The notes below the pieces were generated by a model, which ran no database searches, was not told where the DNA came from, and saw only the letters and a list, made by a program, of their open reading frames with translations. Shown here one piece after another: positions 35,703-50,800 of a DNA stretch of 64,000 nt (its first letter is position 1; each line of letters starts with the position of its first letter). A program made the translations under genes and the position numbers. This DNA comes from Marsupella aquatica (Eukaryota; Plantae; Marchantiophyta): positions 4,640,977 through 4,704,976 of the forward strand of contig OZ316893.1 of the NCBI GenBank assembly GCA_973895155.1, read 5' to 3'.

Positions 35703-37072
35703 TATAAAACCTACTTACGGGGTAGAAACTGGAGTTACGGTAGGTGACAAAAACAGACACCACTTGGTGCTGTGGCCACCACTTGCAATTAGTGTCGTGG
35801 TCTTTCAGTTCAGTCATGTCATGTTGGACCCCGCCCTCCTTTCGTTTGATAATTAGCACTCACTGGGCAGTCCATGTGCTTTGCACAGAAACTCCAACAA
35901 CAAAAGTCCTGTGATGAAATAGTGAAAAAGGGAGGTCTGATAATCACGCCAATCGTACCATAGCAGAGAAATTGGATCCGAGCACAGAATTTTGATCGGA
36001 AAAAGCAAAGAAATAATATGCAACTGACAGGCGAGGTAATTAAGGGAACACCACACGCAATCCTCAAGACTTTTGACAGAAACTGCACTCCTAGTGCTAA
36101 TGCTAATGCATGTGACAAGTTGGATTCAATTTGGTCTAAATCGAGGAATGAAGCGCTGAACGAAGTTCACTGGTGTTGAGCGTTCAGTTCCCCTTACTGA
36201 AGAAAGGATATACTTCTAAAGCGATCGACTAGGATGGAGGAGGCAGATGATGGATCGGGACTCTTCTGATGGACACTAACTTGCAGTATGCAGACTTGCG
36301 CGAATTGAAGAGTAGTTTCAGAAATAGATTGATATTTGTCTCGAAGGGCACGACACTGAGTCCAATTGGTGCAATTACTTTTAGGGCAAAAGGAAAAAAG
36401 CAGCCCCTGTCCCAAATGATAGCAACGTATAGTAGGGTGTCTGCATCCGCAAACAGAGACGCTCGAGAAACAGATCATGATCGGGCCGAATGAGAAATCC
36501 TTGATTCATTCAATTTTGGCTGACATGCAAATCTCATGAAGGCAAAGGCGACAATCAATAATTATACTGCATGATCTGCTAATGAGTTCAGGTGACTCGC
36601 TGGAATTTGACCCAACATTACTAAGACACTGAACGGCAATCCTGAGTCGAGGTGTCGAAACCAGATAGCAAGCTCAACTTGTCTTTTCTCAAATTTTGCC
36701 ATTCAGAAGCAGCTCATCCATGTTAACAACTTCACTCTTCGAACAAATCTTGATTATTTATTGATCATGTTGCAATAAATCAAAATTATAACATTGTTAC
36801 AAAGAATGCCTTTGGAGTAGTCCACCACGCAAACTGTCAACTGTTGAGCTCCACATACCTGGAATCCTTTGATCAAGCATCAAATGCACAAACACTTTAA
36901 AGTTTGTCAATTCGTGCGCAATGAGGTCAGATTGAAGCGTTTGAAGCATTGCGGAGCAATCTTCGCCTGACCTTTCAAGCCATCGTAGGTGCCACCAGTG
37001 AAAACCTCCTTGACAAAATGAAGGGGAAGTCAACGAGTAATGGGGCGGGCCTTGCGGTGAGTACTAGTGACG

Positions 37073-37241
37073 GGGCAGTGTCCAAAAACCGGACGGTCAT
37101 CGCCCAGACATATAAGTTTAGGACGTCTGAGCCTTATAATGGGGTACCTTTCCAGGTACCCAGTAATAAGTTATGTCCAGAACATAAAAACATTTTATGT
37201 ACTGAGTCGTAACTTAGTTAGAGCGGGGCTTTGACACACCC
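37073..37241. mobile_element. MITE family A copy 4 (diverged, ~169 bp)
   Basis: GGGCAGTGTCCAA ... CATTTTATGTACTGAGTCGTAA ... TTGACACACCC|TA, matching the right half of copy 2. Confidence 0.7.
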
Positions 37242-38892
37242 TAATTGACTAAAAACATCAGACGTCAAAAGAGGACTGCAAATGAAAACATTAAAACCTG
37301 ACCAGGTTGGATTTGGCTGACCTTAAATTTTGTAAAGATAAGCGTTACTGGTGGGGAGGGCAATATGGTCAATTCTTCTTTCCCTCTGGTTCATTCAATT
37401 GGCACATCAATTTAAATCAACCACGTATGGTGTACTGTTTTACCTTGCAAACACCCACAGGTTCAATGGATTTTTCATGCCATGATAAACTAGACGATTG
37501 TTTTATGTCAATGTGCGTTGTTCATTCTCTGCATCCACCTGCTGCTTTTTGATGTGCAGTGCAAAGGAGCACTGGTGGATCCATAATCAAGCTCTATTGG
37601 GGCCAGCCTATGTCCCATACTAAAACTTTTGTCAATTAGGGATGATCAGTCTCTCCCATGCCATGATCAGAAACTTATTCTTTTTACCATTCAAATTACA
37701 CTAAATGTGGTGGTGTAGTGTATCTGATATCGTATTTTAACTTTAAAAACATTATACATACTGATACATCAGTGTTTTTCACTGCATATTTATTTTAGTC
37801 ATATTAGAATGCTTAGAATATGACTAAAATAAATATGCATTGTGTAATATTACTGCGATTATTTGTTTATTCCGCGAACGTGATAGTCCCTGCGGTACTG
37901 TACCGGCAGTGTACCGAACGGAAACCCCATGCAGCAGTCGTGTACGTGCATGGCAACTTCTTCACATTCACATTCGCCTAAACTTGCTGCTACAATCTTC
38001 CCACCAAATTCAGGTCTCCTTCCTCCATCCTCGACAAGTTTTATGTGTCTCCTCGACCGCCGTATACATGCCTGTGCACTGTGTTGATCACACCATTCCG
38101 CAGTTATTCGTTAGAATGCCAGCCTAGCTCCCGCGAAGACAGACCGCCAATATCGCTCGGGCCAGGGTCAAAGCCAAATTATTGCACAATCAATGCAGAG
38201 CTGCCAATCCCGTGCATGGGATCCAATGGAATCAGCCCGAGATGGAATTCTCTTCAACTGAGTGATGCCGAGGGAGTGGAAATTCTTGAGAAGCGAGAGC
38301 AGTAATTCTGATGTCAATGAATTATCAACCCATCCATTTTTGGCATCAAGAACTTCTACATAGTAGCGCGCGGCTTGGCTAGGTTTGTTGATTGCTCAGG
38401 TGGAGTAATGCTTGTTCGAGGCTAGTTTCTACATTTCTTTTAAAATGCAGATTCAAGAGAAACGGGTGAATTTCTGCTCCCCAGAGACTGATTTGATTGG
38501 TTTATCTTCAAACTTCTGAAGACCTTTTCTTTAGGTTAAGGATAAGAGGTGTAAATGTTGAGAAAGAGATTTCCATCAACCGAATGCTGAGTTCCACTAT
38601 CGGACAGCAAATAAAATTTGTTGAATCTGAGCGATTAACTGACAGATGAACGTCAATTGCACTGAGCCGCATTGAAGGTCAGCGTTCAGGGCCGTAGTAG
38701 TGATTTGTGCGGAGCATCGATCCTAGCGGGTGTCGAGAGCAGTTATTGTCCAGCATGCAAAGTTTCCGTAACGATCCTCTGATGTTGCACCGACCTTAAT
38801 TGCGCGTTGTAGTCGTCGAGGTTGTTTGTGGAGCTACTCATCGGGTCCACAAAGTAATTCGTAGGGCTCTAGAGACCAGAAGACCTAGCAAC

Positions 38893-41800
38893 ATGGACGA
38901 AGAGGAGGATTATGAAGATATGATGAAGAGGAAGGAGAGGGAGAAAAATAGGCAGCACCTTATCGATGAGGTCATCCCGGTCCCTGCATGGGTTCAAGAG
39001 AGGTTTGATAAGGAGGCAGCAGAGTTGGAGAGAAAGAGGAAGGAGGAAATGGGCGAGTATATTGATGACACACCATCCCTCACAAAACTGCCCGCTGATG
39101 CTGCTCAGCTGCTGTTCTCGTTTGGACTAGAGGTTCATATTCCGCCACAGTTTCTTTGCGTTCTTGCGTCCCGCAACAATATCTACTGTAGTTGATATAT
39201 CTAGCGAGAGGAACGCTAAAATGTCTACAGGTACTTAGCTAGAAGTCGCTCTTCTGGATTAGTTTAACAGGGGATATTGAGCTGCTTTGCTCGGTAGGTA
39301 GTGAGTCTTTCTCGTCATAGTACTTTGTAGTTATGTAAAATGCAGCATCGTTGTTTCATTGAAAGATTCGCTTTTGTTATTTTTCTCCCTTCACGGATGT
39401 GTATTTTGCAGGGTAGTCGAAGGGACAACGTAGCTTACCTGGCCCCGGATTTGTTGACGCATTCGTGCGGAAACGCCGTGCACTTCCTGAATATTACCAC
39501 GAAGGAACAAACGTTTCTGAAAGTAAGGATCGTGTCCTATTGGTTTGAAACAAACAGTCTGCTCAGAATGTTTCCCACTCTGTCTTACGATTCCAGTTCC
39601 GACTTGAGAATTTTGTTCATTCATTGATCCTCTCCTCCTGTTCTTTGTGTTCCTTTTGAACTTTTTGTTTCAAATATCTCACGTCAGGGAACGGTGATCC
39701 AATCCGACTCACTAGAAATGAAGGTCTAGTGGATTGACAGATCCTAGGCCCTTATTTTCTTACGTTTTAGCAATTATTATTCCTTGAAGAACTTCTCACG
39801 AATTTCATGGCGAACTGGCTGGGGCTCCTGAGTTCTTGTGCAATTGGGTCATTGGTGCATGAACCTAAATTGCGAATTCGGATTACTTAAAACATAAAGG
39901 AACACTTCTCCAGCTCTGCCACTCCAAACTCTACACATTCCTCGTCATGATCTACCGACAGACCGTTTCATTATCGGATTATATTACCAAATTTTGGTCA
40001 GAAGTTGATCAATGTAAATCAAACTATTTCAGTGTCATGGTCAATGTTGCTGCCAGTTTTACGGCTTTATGGGTGGTTCTGGGGGATATGATAGGCCTTC
40101 GACATTAATCTGTACTGCAGAGTAAATCGGGCAAGGGAATTGGAGCAGTGGCTGTTCATCCCCAGAGACAGTACTTCGCGGTTTGTGAGAAAGGGGAAGA
40201 CCCAAATATCTTTATCTACGCCTATCCATCTTTAGAGGAGAGGAAGGTAATTTGCGGACAACCTACCCTCAGCTCCCCTGCTATGCCGTGGGTGAAAACG
40301 GGTTCCATTCTGCCCTTATTTTCGTTTCGCGTCAAATGAGCTGCTTCCGTTCAAGAAAGTAAAGATTATCAAATGAATGACGAAACCAGGTTACTGAGAG
40401 TATCATTTCTGTATTTTTACGTCATGACATCCACAACTTTGATGAAAACTCTACGAATTGGAAATTATTTGCAGTATAACATGAATAGCTACAGCTTTCT
40501 GGTAAGCAGATGTATTGTAATGATCGAAATGGGACACACGTATGGAGTCATAGGGGGTATGTAAACGAAGATTTCCCGGAATCGATGTTTTCGGACTAAC
40601 TTCTACTAAAGCGGGTACCTCACAGGATCACATCTAGTAAAAACCCTATCACTACAATTGTCGTTCTGCAGGTGATGACAAATGGGACAGAAAGGGTATT
40701 CACTGCCGCAAACTTTAACAATGATGGGACCCGACTTGCTACTGTAAGAAGCATCTTCACCCAAGAAAATCCTCGGGATTCTATTGCAAATTCTGCATGA
40801 ATATTTCATGATCAATCCAAGTGTTTTCCGTGGACTCTGCTGTTGACCTTAACCTTCTTGATATGTGCAGGTTGGAGGACACCCTGACTACTGGTTAACA
40901 GTTTGGGATTGGGAGAGCGAATCTATGATACTGAGATCCAAGGCATTTTCACAAGAAGTGTTTAAAGTAACTCATTGCAGCCTATCCACCAAATTCTGTG
41001 TGTGGAATACGCCTGATGACCGTAAATATGAGTAGTTGTGAATCATTATTGACAGTAGAGTTCAACCTTTTTTCTGACTAGTCAGAGTGACTGCAGGTCG
41101 GCTTCTCAAAATATTTTCCCGGCCAACTTATAACATCTGGAGTTGGCCATATTCGATTCTGGAAAATGGCATCAACGTTCACTGGTTTGAAATTGGAGGT
41201 ATTAGTCGTTACCCTGCTCTGCTCGTTATCGTGTGGTGTGAAAGGGGCATTCTCATGTCCAAACTTTTGTCAAATAATTCCCGTCAGGACTCAAAGAAGT
41301 GATCTAAACAATGTGACAGGGAGCAATAGCCAAGTTTGGAACAGTCTCCATCAGCGATGTGGCAGGTTATGTGGAGCTCCGCAACAGTAAAGTATGCACC
41401 TTGAGCACTTGACCACCAGTAATCTTTCTTACAAAATTCTTACTTTCAGTGGAAAGGGTTTGCTGTGACTGAATATCAAGAAAATAAAATTTTCTTCGCA
41501 AGCGAATTTAGTAGATTCATCACAAAGTATTTCTCATAACAATTCTTCCGTAGCCTAGAAGTTTCTTAATGTCCCGATGATAATCACGGTGAACTTGCAC
41601 CTTTCAAGTATTAAGGTTATTCATGAGCATAACATCTAGCTCAATTGGGAGCACTGTGTCTGCTTTCACAGAGTAATCTTTTGGGACGTGCGATGCCTAT
41701 CGAAAACAATGAAGTGCAACATTATAAATGTTTTGTAGCAGAGGATTTTCTCGCCATTGAATTGTAAGAATTGAGGAGAGACTGCTTTAATAATCATGGC

Positions 41801-44800
41801 GTGATGGCCGATATCAGGTTCTTTCAGGAACCGAATCAGGGACAATTTTAGTTTGGGACGATTCACTCATCAAAGCTCAATTGAAAAGACCTGGAGAGTT
41901 AATGTGTCACGATAGTATGATTGAGTTCATCGCCCTGAATGAGGAGATCAAAGAAATGACTACTGCTGGAGCAGATGGCTACATCAAGTTCTGGAACCTT
42001 GACGTAATCATACTCGAAGAAGCTATTGCGCTTGCTTTTGACATTTTAGACAAATTCTTTACTCAAGGTTTCAGTCTTTCAAAATCACCTCACTACACTC
42101 GGCTCCAAAAGTGACCAAAAAACAAAATGGGAAAGTGGTTGGAAGCAGCGAACGATGGAGATGATAAACTTGTCTGTGAGATCAACCCCATCCGTGAAGT
42201 GCATATTGGTGATGGTGTTCACATTAAGGGAATTCTTCAAGAGGAAGATCACTGGATAATACAGGTACCGCCACACTTTAAATTCAAAATGATAAAGATT
42301 GCTAATGTTGCATCTGTTGCTAATCTTCAGCGAATATATTTAATTTTGCGAGTTCTACAAGGTTTGGTGTATTTAATCTTTAGAGACTGAGCTTATGGAC
42401 TCTGTAAATTGATCTCGACTATCTAAATGGGCGCAAGCCTGAAGGTAATGATGGAAAGGCATGTATAGGGCAGCCGGCTAAAGTATCAGCTTAGTTTTCG
42501 AAACCATAGTCATTCCATAATCGAATCAACACCAACCATGTTTCAGGACTGCTTCCTAGTGGGTAGTGATAGGGCCATGAATCGAAGGGGAAAATATCTG
42601 AATGTACTGAACATTTATGGATGGTGTTTGACAGGATGATGGTGGAGCTCTTTGGAAGGGAAAACTCCCAGATTTTCAGTTGGAAAAGGTGCTAGAATTC
42701 CACGCAGGTCCTATCAGATGTGTGGCAAGCTCACCCATCAGCTACGATTTGGTTTCAGGCGGGTCTGACGGCACTGTGCGTAATTTAAACTATTTTGCTT
42801 TAGTTCTCTTCGAGATAAGTATAAGTCTGTAGTGATCGCTGGTTAAACTAACGAATAAACCATGTGCAAAAAGAATTTCCTTGCTATCCAACCTTTGCAA
42901 CAACTGATATGGTTATAACCAGATTTGGTTGACAAATTAGGCTTGACTCCCCAACAGGTGAGGCTTTATAATTTCAAGGAACATCAACAGCGGTACTTGA
43001 GAAAATTTAATGCTGGAATTTCTTCACTTGTCTGGGTGCCTCTGCTACTGGATACAACATCGAACAGTGTAATCGTTGGATTTACTGATGGTGTGGTGAG
43101 GATATTGAAGCTCACTGAGGACAAGTGGAAGCTGACAAAGGCGTTGAAACCTCACAAAGTGAATCCTCTAAAACTATCATCTGCTTCTGAAACAATGAAA
43201 GGAGTCATCGATTTTGGTTGAGACCGAAGCTTGCTTACTTAGTTGCATGCAATGAAGTGGGGTATGCCGTTCCTCATGGAAGTTTACTGAGAGGAGAATT
43301 TAATTCCTTCAATTCAGTTACAAACGATTCTGACTCTAAAATAGCTCTTCAGCTAAGTTGTTTGTTCGGTATCGTGCATTGAAGATGGAGGTAGCAGCTA
43401 TGTGTTTCACGCCAGATGCAGAGTTGCTCGCGACAAGCTCTAAAGACGCCACTATATTTTTCTTCCACACCACGGATGACTACAGAGCACTTGGGTGTGA
43501 CACATTCCTCGACCTTCGATTAGACAGACTTTCGATGCCAGTTGCTTTAAGAAACTTGCGAAAATTACTCTCACGAATTGATTTCTCCCTCAATATTTCT
43601 ATCAGTTCAAGTGTTCAAATTTCGGTGCCAACACAATGCTTCTTTAGTCTGACAGTTAAGGAGTTTCTTAAGATCTATGGTGATTGCAGAAAATTTCTTC
43701 CTTGAGGAATACTGATTGACTAGATTGGAATGTACTGTTTCCCAAAAGTGACCATATTGCAGTGCAATGCAATCATGTTTCTGGTTCAGATTTTGTAAGG
43801 TGCCTGGTCCTGTCTCGAGTATTGACTGGTCTCCAACTGGACAAGATCTCCTAGTTGGCTGCTCTACTGGACAAATCGTTGAAATTATTCGCCCCGGTAA
43901 CGAATTCTCGTTGTCAAATAAAAAATTTATGTTCGGTCCCATGGCTCATATAACTACGCTGTCTTGTTCGATCTCCACAATTATATTGAGGGATAAATTT
44001 ATTCCGAAAACTCGTGACCATTCAGGTCTTGACATTGATGTATCCAAATCATTTGAGCTCACCCTGGATATGAAGACCTACGATTTTCATCGACCAATAA
44101 TAAAGAGGCCTAAACCACGCCCAGAAGTCAAGATGGTGGAAGAACCAAAGGTGCTCATTCGACTCCTTGATCTTAAATATCTATTTTTGGTGGACCGTGA
44201 GCAGGACTGAGGCCAATACTATACAATATCATCAGCCATACAAACTTCACCATTCAGACAGAGTGGGCGTCAAGCACAGTACAGTACTTGAGAACAGATG
44301 AACATATATTTGGACAATCACACTAGAGACATGCTATAGAATGAATGCATGGATCGCAAGAATATCTGGTTTGCCTGTGCATTACCGGTCTCACACTCCA
44401 TAGCATTTTTGGCCCGCATTTCGATAAACTTATAACGTACCTCGCTCGGTATATGCCCTTTATACCCCTTTGAAACTTCGTGTACTCTCAACTTGAATTC
44501 GCATACAAATGTAAATATGTAAGCTCTGCATACTCCTTCGTAACCTCAGTAAAGGTGGATTGTGTCTGATATCTAATTGTGAGACCGCTACTCGTCAAGC
44601 TGTCTGTCAGAATCACATTAACTTTTCCTATTCTAACGGCAGGATTCTGTGGGACTTTGATGATTTTCTGCAGGTAGAAGACGTCCCTGCTACAGATGAG
44701 GATGGTGACGAGATTTCAGGAGTGAACAAACAGGAAGCTGAATCAACTGAAACAGATGCAAAAGCTGCAACGAAGGCTTCGAAAGTAGACGGAGAGGCAA

Positions 44801-47800
44801 GAAAGAGTTTAAAAGGAGATGAAGGAGCTCCAGGAAAGAGTTTGAAAGCGCAAGATGGGGGAGAAGTTACAGCTGGTGCTACTGCTGATGGTGCAGAAAG
44901 CCCGGTCGCAGGTGATGCCCAAGACTCGCCTAAAGGTCCAGAGGTTACTGTGGTGCCCCAAGAAGAAGAGGAAAAAGAGGATGAGCCGGGTACTCTGTAT
45001 CCTGTTCGAGCTCTTGTTTACGCAGCTGGTAGCCTTGGCACATTCTATGTTGCTTTTGAGGTAAACAATGCAAGAGTACGATGCAAATTCTTCTAGTCTT
45101 TGGATGAGAAGCTACTTTCATGGGGGACTGGTTTTGGGGCATGTCCAGCAGTTACGTACGTTCGGCTTTATGCTACTTGTCCTTACGTTCTTCGAAAACT
45201 TTATAGCTTTATGATTTCCTTCAGTCGAAGTTTTCATCATTTCCATTATAGATCCTTAAATTACCACAATGATCACCCGGTGAAAGTTTTCGAGACCACT
45301 CCTGAAGGAAGGAAACGGGCTGTTTTCTACAGGGAAAGCCAGCAGGATTTATCTATGAATGCCTCATCTATTCAGACAAAGTGATGGGCTTCACACAGTG
45401 GCTCGACTGCCCTGTGAAATGCTTCAGGTAGATAGGTCTTCAGTCATCTTAGATATCCTTCAAAACTTGAAGTACGTACTTGCAATACTCGGGGAGGATA
45501 TTGACCCTTGGATTTGAAGAAGACTGAAGGGAAGTGAGACCATAAGAACACAGGAAGGAAAAAATGCATCTGGATTGGATGTATTTGAGGGTCTCCCACT
45601 AACAGAAGTTCCAAAAACGGGACCGTACATCTGATGATAGCTAAGTAGTATATCCAACCTAATGTAATATTTGCAGAACAGGAATGAAAACAAACAGATT
45701 TCAAATCCAGTAGCACACAATCTAGTAATAAGGTCAGGATCTTTAACAACCTCCAAGAGCCAAAAGTCAATTGAAAATTCAGCAACACATAGAGAGCAGA
45801 TCTAGGTGTCTGATCTACCATTCCATGGGCTGAGCACAATGCAATACATGATCCGACAAAAAACGTCTTCTGCCAGATACACACATTCTTGTCGGTACAT
45901 CGTTTCCGGATCGGACGACGGTATGGTGCGCGTTCAAGAAGTTCCAACGCCAGGCCAGCTGCAACTCGCAGTAACACAATCTAAATTTTGGGAGGTCAGC
46001 ACAAAGCTTAACCGCTCTTCATACATACAGGATTCGATAATTACAGTGTGTGTGGGTGGATCACTGCATTGTCACAATAGAGAACGTACAATGACTATTC
46101 CAGAAATGTGTGGTTCCCTTGAGTAATTCCAGATTCGAAGTCTTGTTTTCCATTCTTTTACCTTCGTTTTACCTTCTTCTCATATCCTGTTCATGTCGAC
46201 ATCGAACGAATGGCAGAAACCCAAAATAAACAGAAACGCGAAAAAACACAAACGAACCAAAATATTAACCTAAGGACCATTGCATTGCAGGGCCCTGTAC
46301 ACGATGGCTTTTATGGAGTGGTTGGAGGTGCAGTGACAAGTTTCGACGACCAATATCTGGTATTGCCAAATACTCCAATTCTGCTGTCTTTGTACTTAAT
46401 TGGTGTTGTCGTTAAACTTTTGCACACTTGGACATAAGTTTGTACTACCTGGACGCAGTACGCTGCCATATTTTCCTTCACAAGAGACACTTTATCTGAA
46501 AGTTCACACATTTTATATGCATTCAGGCAAGCGTATCAAGTGATGGAAGTTTCTTTGTTCAAACGATTGACATGGCAATGGCTCCTGAGATCCCGAAACC
46601 CAGCATACCGCCAGGAGTAGTGAGAAGGGGTACGCTAAAGTATTTATAATAAGATGTTGTTTGGATCAAAGCCCACATTTGGGAATCAAATTGACGATTA
46701 TGCCAAATCCTAGGTAGTGAGCAGGAATGTGAAAATGTAGGTCGGAGCAGGAGTGAGTCTTGACTCTTGGAAAAAACTGTCAATCGCTTGGCCCATTTGG
46801 TTCCTCACGGACTTCGAATTCATCCATTGTGTTGTTGGTTGATTCTGTGTCTTGGTAATGGTCCTAAAGATGAGTCGGTTTGCTAGATAATAAGTTTTCT
46901 CTCAAGATCTTATGGTACAAGCAGTACATAGTAAGCCAACTGTGTGCACCTCAATCGACTCTCGAACCTTTAAGTGGCTCGAACCTTTTAGTGAAATAAA
47001 ATCAGTATCTATCAAACATGCAATTGTGCCAAAATACGAGAATAAAGCATACTCATGTTTCCAACTGTCTGACCAGAAAAAGACGCAGAGAGTGAACTGC
47101 AGGACCTTGGGAAAGAAGCTTTGAGCATTGAAGAGCAGCGAGCAAAAACTGAGCAGGATGAGAAGCTCAGACTGGCATTAGAAAAGAAAAATATCGTTCT
47201 AGGAAAGGTAGGTAGCATACGAAAGAGGCTTGCTGAACTCCTCAAAGAGATGAATGAGCACGACAGAAATGAAAAACTGCTGTTGACAGAATTTGAAATT
47301 GATCCTCATGTCAGAATGTGAGTATCCAAACTCAATTCCTTGGGATGGCTTTTTGGGTCTTATCATACTCCTTATATTTTCCTATTTCCTCGTTCCAATT
47401 TGACCCAACATCCTTGTAAGCATTCTCAAAGAATAACAAACACAAATGTGCCGCGCGTCGCATCCTCTTGCAGAAGTCCTATAATTGTGACAAACTTATT
47501 GTCAAGCAGACCTTCAAGGTTCTTGGCTTATAGTAACGTTCTTCAGCTTGCACTGAATCAATGACCGGAAGTGAATAGAGTATCGGATTATTTTTCGGCA
47601 AAGAGAATTGCCACCTATAATTTGTGCGAGAAATGAAAATGAATTTTTGAGTTCATGGAATCTGATTGAGAAAAAGGCAGCATATATGCAAGGCAGTATG
47701 TCTACCTACGATAAAACGATGGTCAAGAAAATACTAAAACCGAAGAACAAAAAACAAGGGAAAACCTTAGAGAAGAGTCTCGTTTCTAGTATTTTACAAT

Positions 47801-50800
47801 TCCTCGCGTGGAATTCCTACAATATACAGATGAAAACCACACAAGTCTGAGCTGAAATTGGACTGACCAAAGCTTTTTCATCTGTTCTGGCCACGGTACC
47901 CAGTATGCTGGCAGATGAAACGGCCTATGAGGTGGATATGGCCAGGAAGGAGATGCAGTGGGATAGTGAGAAGAAAAATGTAGCACTTAGCAAGCTGAAG
48001 GCCTGGTATTTGGACCCATTGGAGGCATGAATCTTCTAGTACATGAACTTCTTCCCACCCCTAAGCTCAGGGCAATAAGTGTTTGACAATTGTTAGAGAA
48101 TTGCTTCTCCAATGTGAAGACCAATTGTTGAAGGCTTGTGTCCATGTTTAAAGCGCACCTAGTCAAAACTAAAACACAACGTTGCCCAAAATAATATGAA
48201 TTTTTATTAAAATAAATCTTATTATTGTATTAGTAACTAGTATTAAAAGAAAGCCCCCGAAGTATATATAACCAATAAGCTTAAATCTCGTAAACATGTA
48301 TTCTATGATGTTTGTTGTGGAACAGGTGGAACGTATTGTCCTTTATGGCTTCCGTTCAGGGCAGACTGTGACGTCCTTTCGTACCGCTAGACTCTCGCCA
48401 GAGATGCAGGTGTTCCTTTCAAGATTAGTACCTTCGAATTTATTAAGTTGATTTTCTCAGTCGGGCGATAAAATCAGGCGGGGTCTTGTCACCACCTAAT
48501 GCAGTCATTTGAATGATCCCAAACAAATAGCTGTTCAGATGATCCTTCAATCGGAGTCTTACTATGCTCGTGGGTGACTCCTCTAATGCGTTTTCTTGTC
48601 TTTCTCTGTGTAGACAGCAATAGAGGAGGCAAAGAAGCAGAAAGGAGTCAGAAAGTGGTCTAAATTGAACAAAGCACCAAGAAGTTTTGTGATTCAAGAG
48701 GACGGTGCTGCTTCTGAGCTTGACCCAGAAAAGGTGCACAATCACATGCACACTACCGTCGCAGGGCACGTGGGCTTTGTATTTTGATTTTAAGGTCCAC
48801 TTATTAAATCTGCACAAATTTATCAAGCAGCGAGTACACTCGAAGAAGTGCACGATGTACGAACACAGGATCTAACAAAGAGAAATTAAGCCAATCCTTT
48901 TGCAAAATTGCATATAATAGCACACTTGCAGTCTCTTGTACTTTCAGCCCACTTCATCAGATCTGTCACTAGTAAAAGTTGGAAGTTAACTTGAATAGTT
49001 GTAGCCAAGGCCAAGTGGAACCCCAATTCATTCATTGATCCATACAATATCCCAGTAGGGTATTTTGATTCCATCTTGGCTACTGTAATTGATTGGAACA
49101 CTCATGACACTTTGTGTTGTTGAGAGACTGACACAAAACTTCCACCTTCTCTTTTAAGTATAATCCTTGGACTGTTATGTTAAGCAGTCTCTTTCGAATC
49201 AAGAGCCAGCGGAGGGAACGGAAGGAAATAAGAAAGATGAGGAACAGATCTCACGATTAGAACAACGACGACTTTTACTGAAGCAAAGGGACAAGGAAAT
49301 GGCAAAATACTTGCTCACAAAGCCAGATGAGGTGAGATATCATTCACTACGAACAGGCACACTGAATAGTCATGTGCTGTGCTCAAAAGGTGTACCTGAT
49401 GAATACGAGCCTATTGTTTCTGGGACAGACATGGGTAAGCGAGGAGGATGCTGACGCCATTCAATGGGCAGAGGAGAACAAGGGTGACTTCAAGTTGAAA
49501 TCTGACCCCAATTTTGTTGTCCCTGAGGACCTTCGGACCAATCATAGAATGAAGAGAAATGAGATGTTGTTGTTTACAGCAGAGATTCACAACGTAAGAA
49601 TGACGTTTAACAAAGAGTTCCTTGATCTGAGAGACCACAAAATGGTCCTACGTGAGAAGATATTGCAGAATAATGGAAGAATAGAAAAAATTAATGAGGC
49701 TCTAAAGTAAGTGCCCAAACCTCGGAGCTCAATACTATATATAGATGCCCCGTCTCTTAATCCAATATCCTTCTCCACTCTTTAGCGTAGTGTGATGTCT
49801 ATTCACTGACAAGAATGTGAATTATACCAAACTTACAGGACTGGACTGTCCTGCTGAACCTTTTTAGATCTTGTATAGTGTACAACAATTCTCGAGCTAC
49901 ACTATTTTCCCAGCTGTTCCAGTTTGAGGCTAAAGTCGCAATAATAGTTTTCTGTTCATGGTCTCACTGGTAGAGGACTGCTTGAGGCTCATACGTCAAA
50001 CTCAATTCGAACTGATATATTCTAACTGATGTCTTCAATCCCCCATCGTTCAGGGTTGTTGGAAAGCCGGAACCAAATCTAGCAGCACCTGGTAAAGGCA
50101 AATTGGGCTCTATACTGAGCAGTTCCGGCAAGCTCAGCTCTACATGGAAAAGGGTCCTCAGTTTGTAAGGCCATCCAACTTTAAGACTTTGCAGCATTAC
50201 GAAAATTAAATTAGAATCTTTCATTGAATAAAGCGCGCGTATGATGGCAATACACTGATCGAGATTGAACCTGAACTGGTGACATTGACAACCTACCTTT
50301 ACAACGATTTCAGGATCAAAGATGATTCAGTATTTGTCCCAGAGATAAAGAAGGAGGAAAGACCCGAAGATCGTGAAGTTATATCTAGCGAGGTATGAAA
50401 CATTCTCCTGAAATCACAGTACCAACATCTCAGAGACGGTTTCCTCCTTAGTCTGACTGGGCGCGTTTCTCAAATTGTACAAGTACTGACATGGCTCCTG
50501 TAAAACCAAAGGAAGCTGAAGCGTTTGAAGAAAGTAGACTATTGGCAGCCGAGGCTGTCATGAAGGTACAATTTCCTTCTCTTTTTAGCTTTTCTCCCTT
50601 CTGGTACTGTCCATCTATCCCTTGGCCGAGTCAAGGATCTGTGGACTTGCAATTCAGTTCCGTTCCTTGCCTTCATTTGCCATCCACTCCTTTCAACTGG
50701 CATATCCGAACTCCTTGCGCCTGGACTCATACCTTTGAATAATGTCCCTTGAAGGCAAGCAAAACCAAGGAAACCCTTGGTATGGATCAATCAGCTCCCA

